This document shows positions 63,769-64,000 of a DNA stretch of 64,000 bases, piece by piece. The stretch covers positions 6,771-70,770 of the forward strand of contig CAZTVF010000005.1 in the NCBI GenBank assembly GCA_964616985.1, in the 5' to 3' direction. A program made the translations under genes and the position numbers. A model generated the notes under the pieces. It had not been told where the DNA came from, searched no databases, and saw nothing but the letters and a program-made list of their open reading frames with translations. Within the stretch, counting starts at the first letter, position 1. Each line of letters starts with the position of its first letter. The DNA comes from an uncultured Planctomycetaceae bacterium (GTDB lineage: Bacteria; Planctomycetota; Phycisphaerae; SM23-33).

Positions 63769-64000
63769 ACGCGCAGGAACTTACCGCCCTGTTGGATCGC
63801 CTTCGCCGTGAACCGCACGAGACGGAGTGGCTGGAGTTCAAGGAGAACCAATATGAGCCGCAGCTTCTCGGCGAGTATCTCTCCGCGCTGGCCAACGCGG
63901 CCTGCCTGGCCGGCAAGCCGCGAGGCTACCTTGTGTTTGGCGTCCAGGATCAAACCCATGCCGTGGTGGGCACGCTGTTCGACCCCCACGCGGCCAAGGG
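63765..64000 (+). CDS. AlbA_2 (Schlafen/divergent-AAA-like) DNA-binding domain protein, N-terminal part (runs off the window)
   Basis: ETEWLEFKENQYEP...YLSALANAACLAGKPRGYLVFGVQD matches the ExxLEFKE hallmark of the AlbA_2 domain commonly encoded inside type I R-M loci. It overlaps the hsdS stop. Confidence 0.45.
   Translation, partial: MNAQELTALLDRLRREPHETEWLEFKENQYEPQLLGEYLSALANAACLAGKPRGYLVFGVQDQTHAVVGTLFDPHAAK

Overview
This is a 64-kb high-GC bacterial chromosomal segment. Its gene content suggests a Planctomycetota-like organism: a formylglycine-generating-enzyme (FGE) sulfatase-maturase domain, GH35 and GH-A glycosidases, many secreted TPR/beta-helix/HEAT proteins, and an expanded uroporphyrinogen-decarboxylase (UroD)-like family. 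That taxonomic call is inference only. Because of the high GC, most long ORFs in the six-frame track are antisense artefacts; I called genes from recognisable protein motifs and adjusted starts by codon counting.

Layout, left to right:
1. hpf-ptsN on the minus strand, then ackA.
2. A LysM protein and an orphan FlgI-like gene.
3. smc, then a housekeeping run rimO-pgsA-uppP-coaD.
4. An 850-bp palindrome-dense convergent spacer.
5. nadD and a DUF58 gene.
6. A large block of secreted or glycan-related genes, including three UroD-like paralogs.
7. An IclR-controlled pair of tandem QueG/RdhA-like Fe-S paralogs.
8. aroA, tRNA-Lys(CTT) with its own promoter and terminator, and a DAACS transporter.
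9. A B12-radical-SAM plus methyltransferase operon next to a TM1266-like small regulator.
10. A sialic-acid-like catabolic cluster: DHDPS/NanA-like, BNR sialidase, and an FAD-oxidoreductase::BNR fusion.
11. A REC-PAS response regulator.
12. From about 59.1 kb to the window end, a lower-GC segment starting at a tRNA-Gly 3'-half remnant and carrying a type I R-M cassette (hsdM-hsdS-AlbA_2). I interpret this as an integrated island.

Intergenic DNA is unusually rich in structured repeats:
- Two REP-like hairpin families (GGCGGCCTTCCCAGGCCGCC and GGTGGGCAAGCCTGCCCACC).
- A 37-bp hairpin unit in a x3 tandem array.
- A ~60-114-bp element fused to a transporter's 3' end.
- A ~360-bp MITE-like inverted-repeat element.
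- Inverted arrays of 8-bp iterons between smc and rimO.
- A ~115-bp long-stem hairpin element whose loop is inverted between its two copies.

ATGA-type start/stop overlaps occur at pgsA/uppP, coaD/HEAT, DUF58/nadD, IclR/Fe-S1, TPR/beta-helix, nucleoside hydrolase/UroD3, hsdM/hsdS and hsdS/AlbA_2. All coordinates are +/- a few nt because indexing was done by hand.
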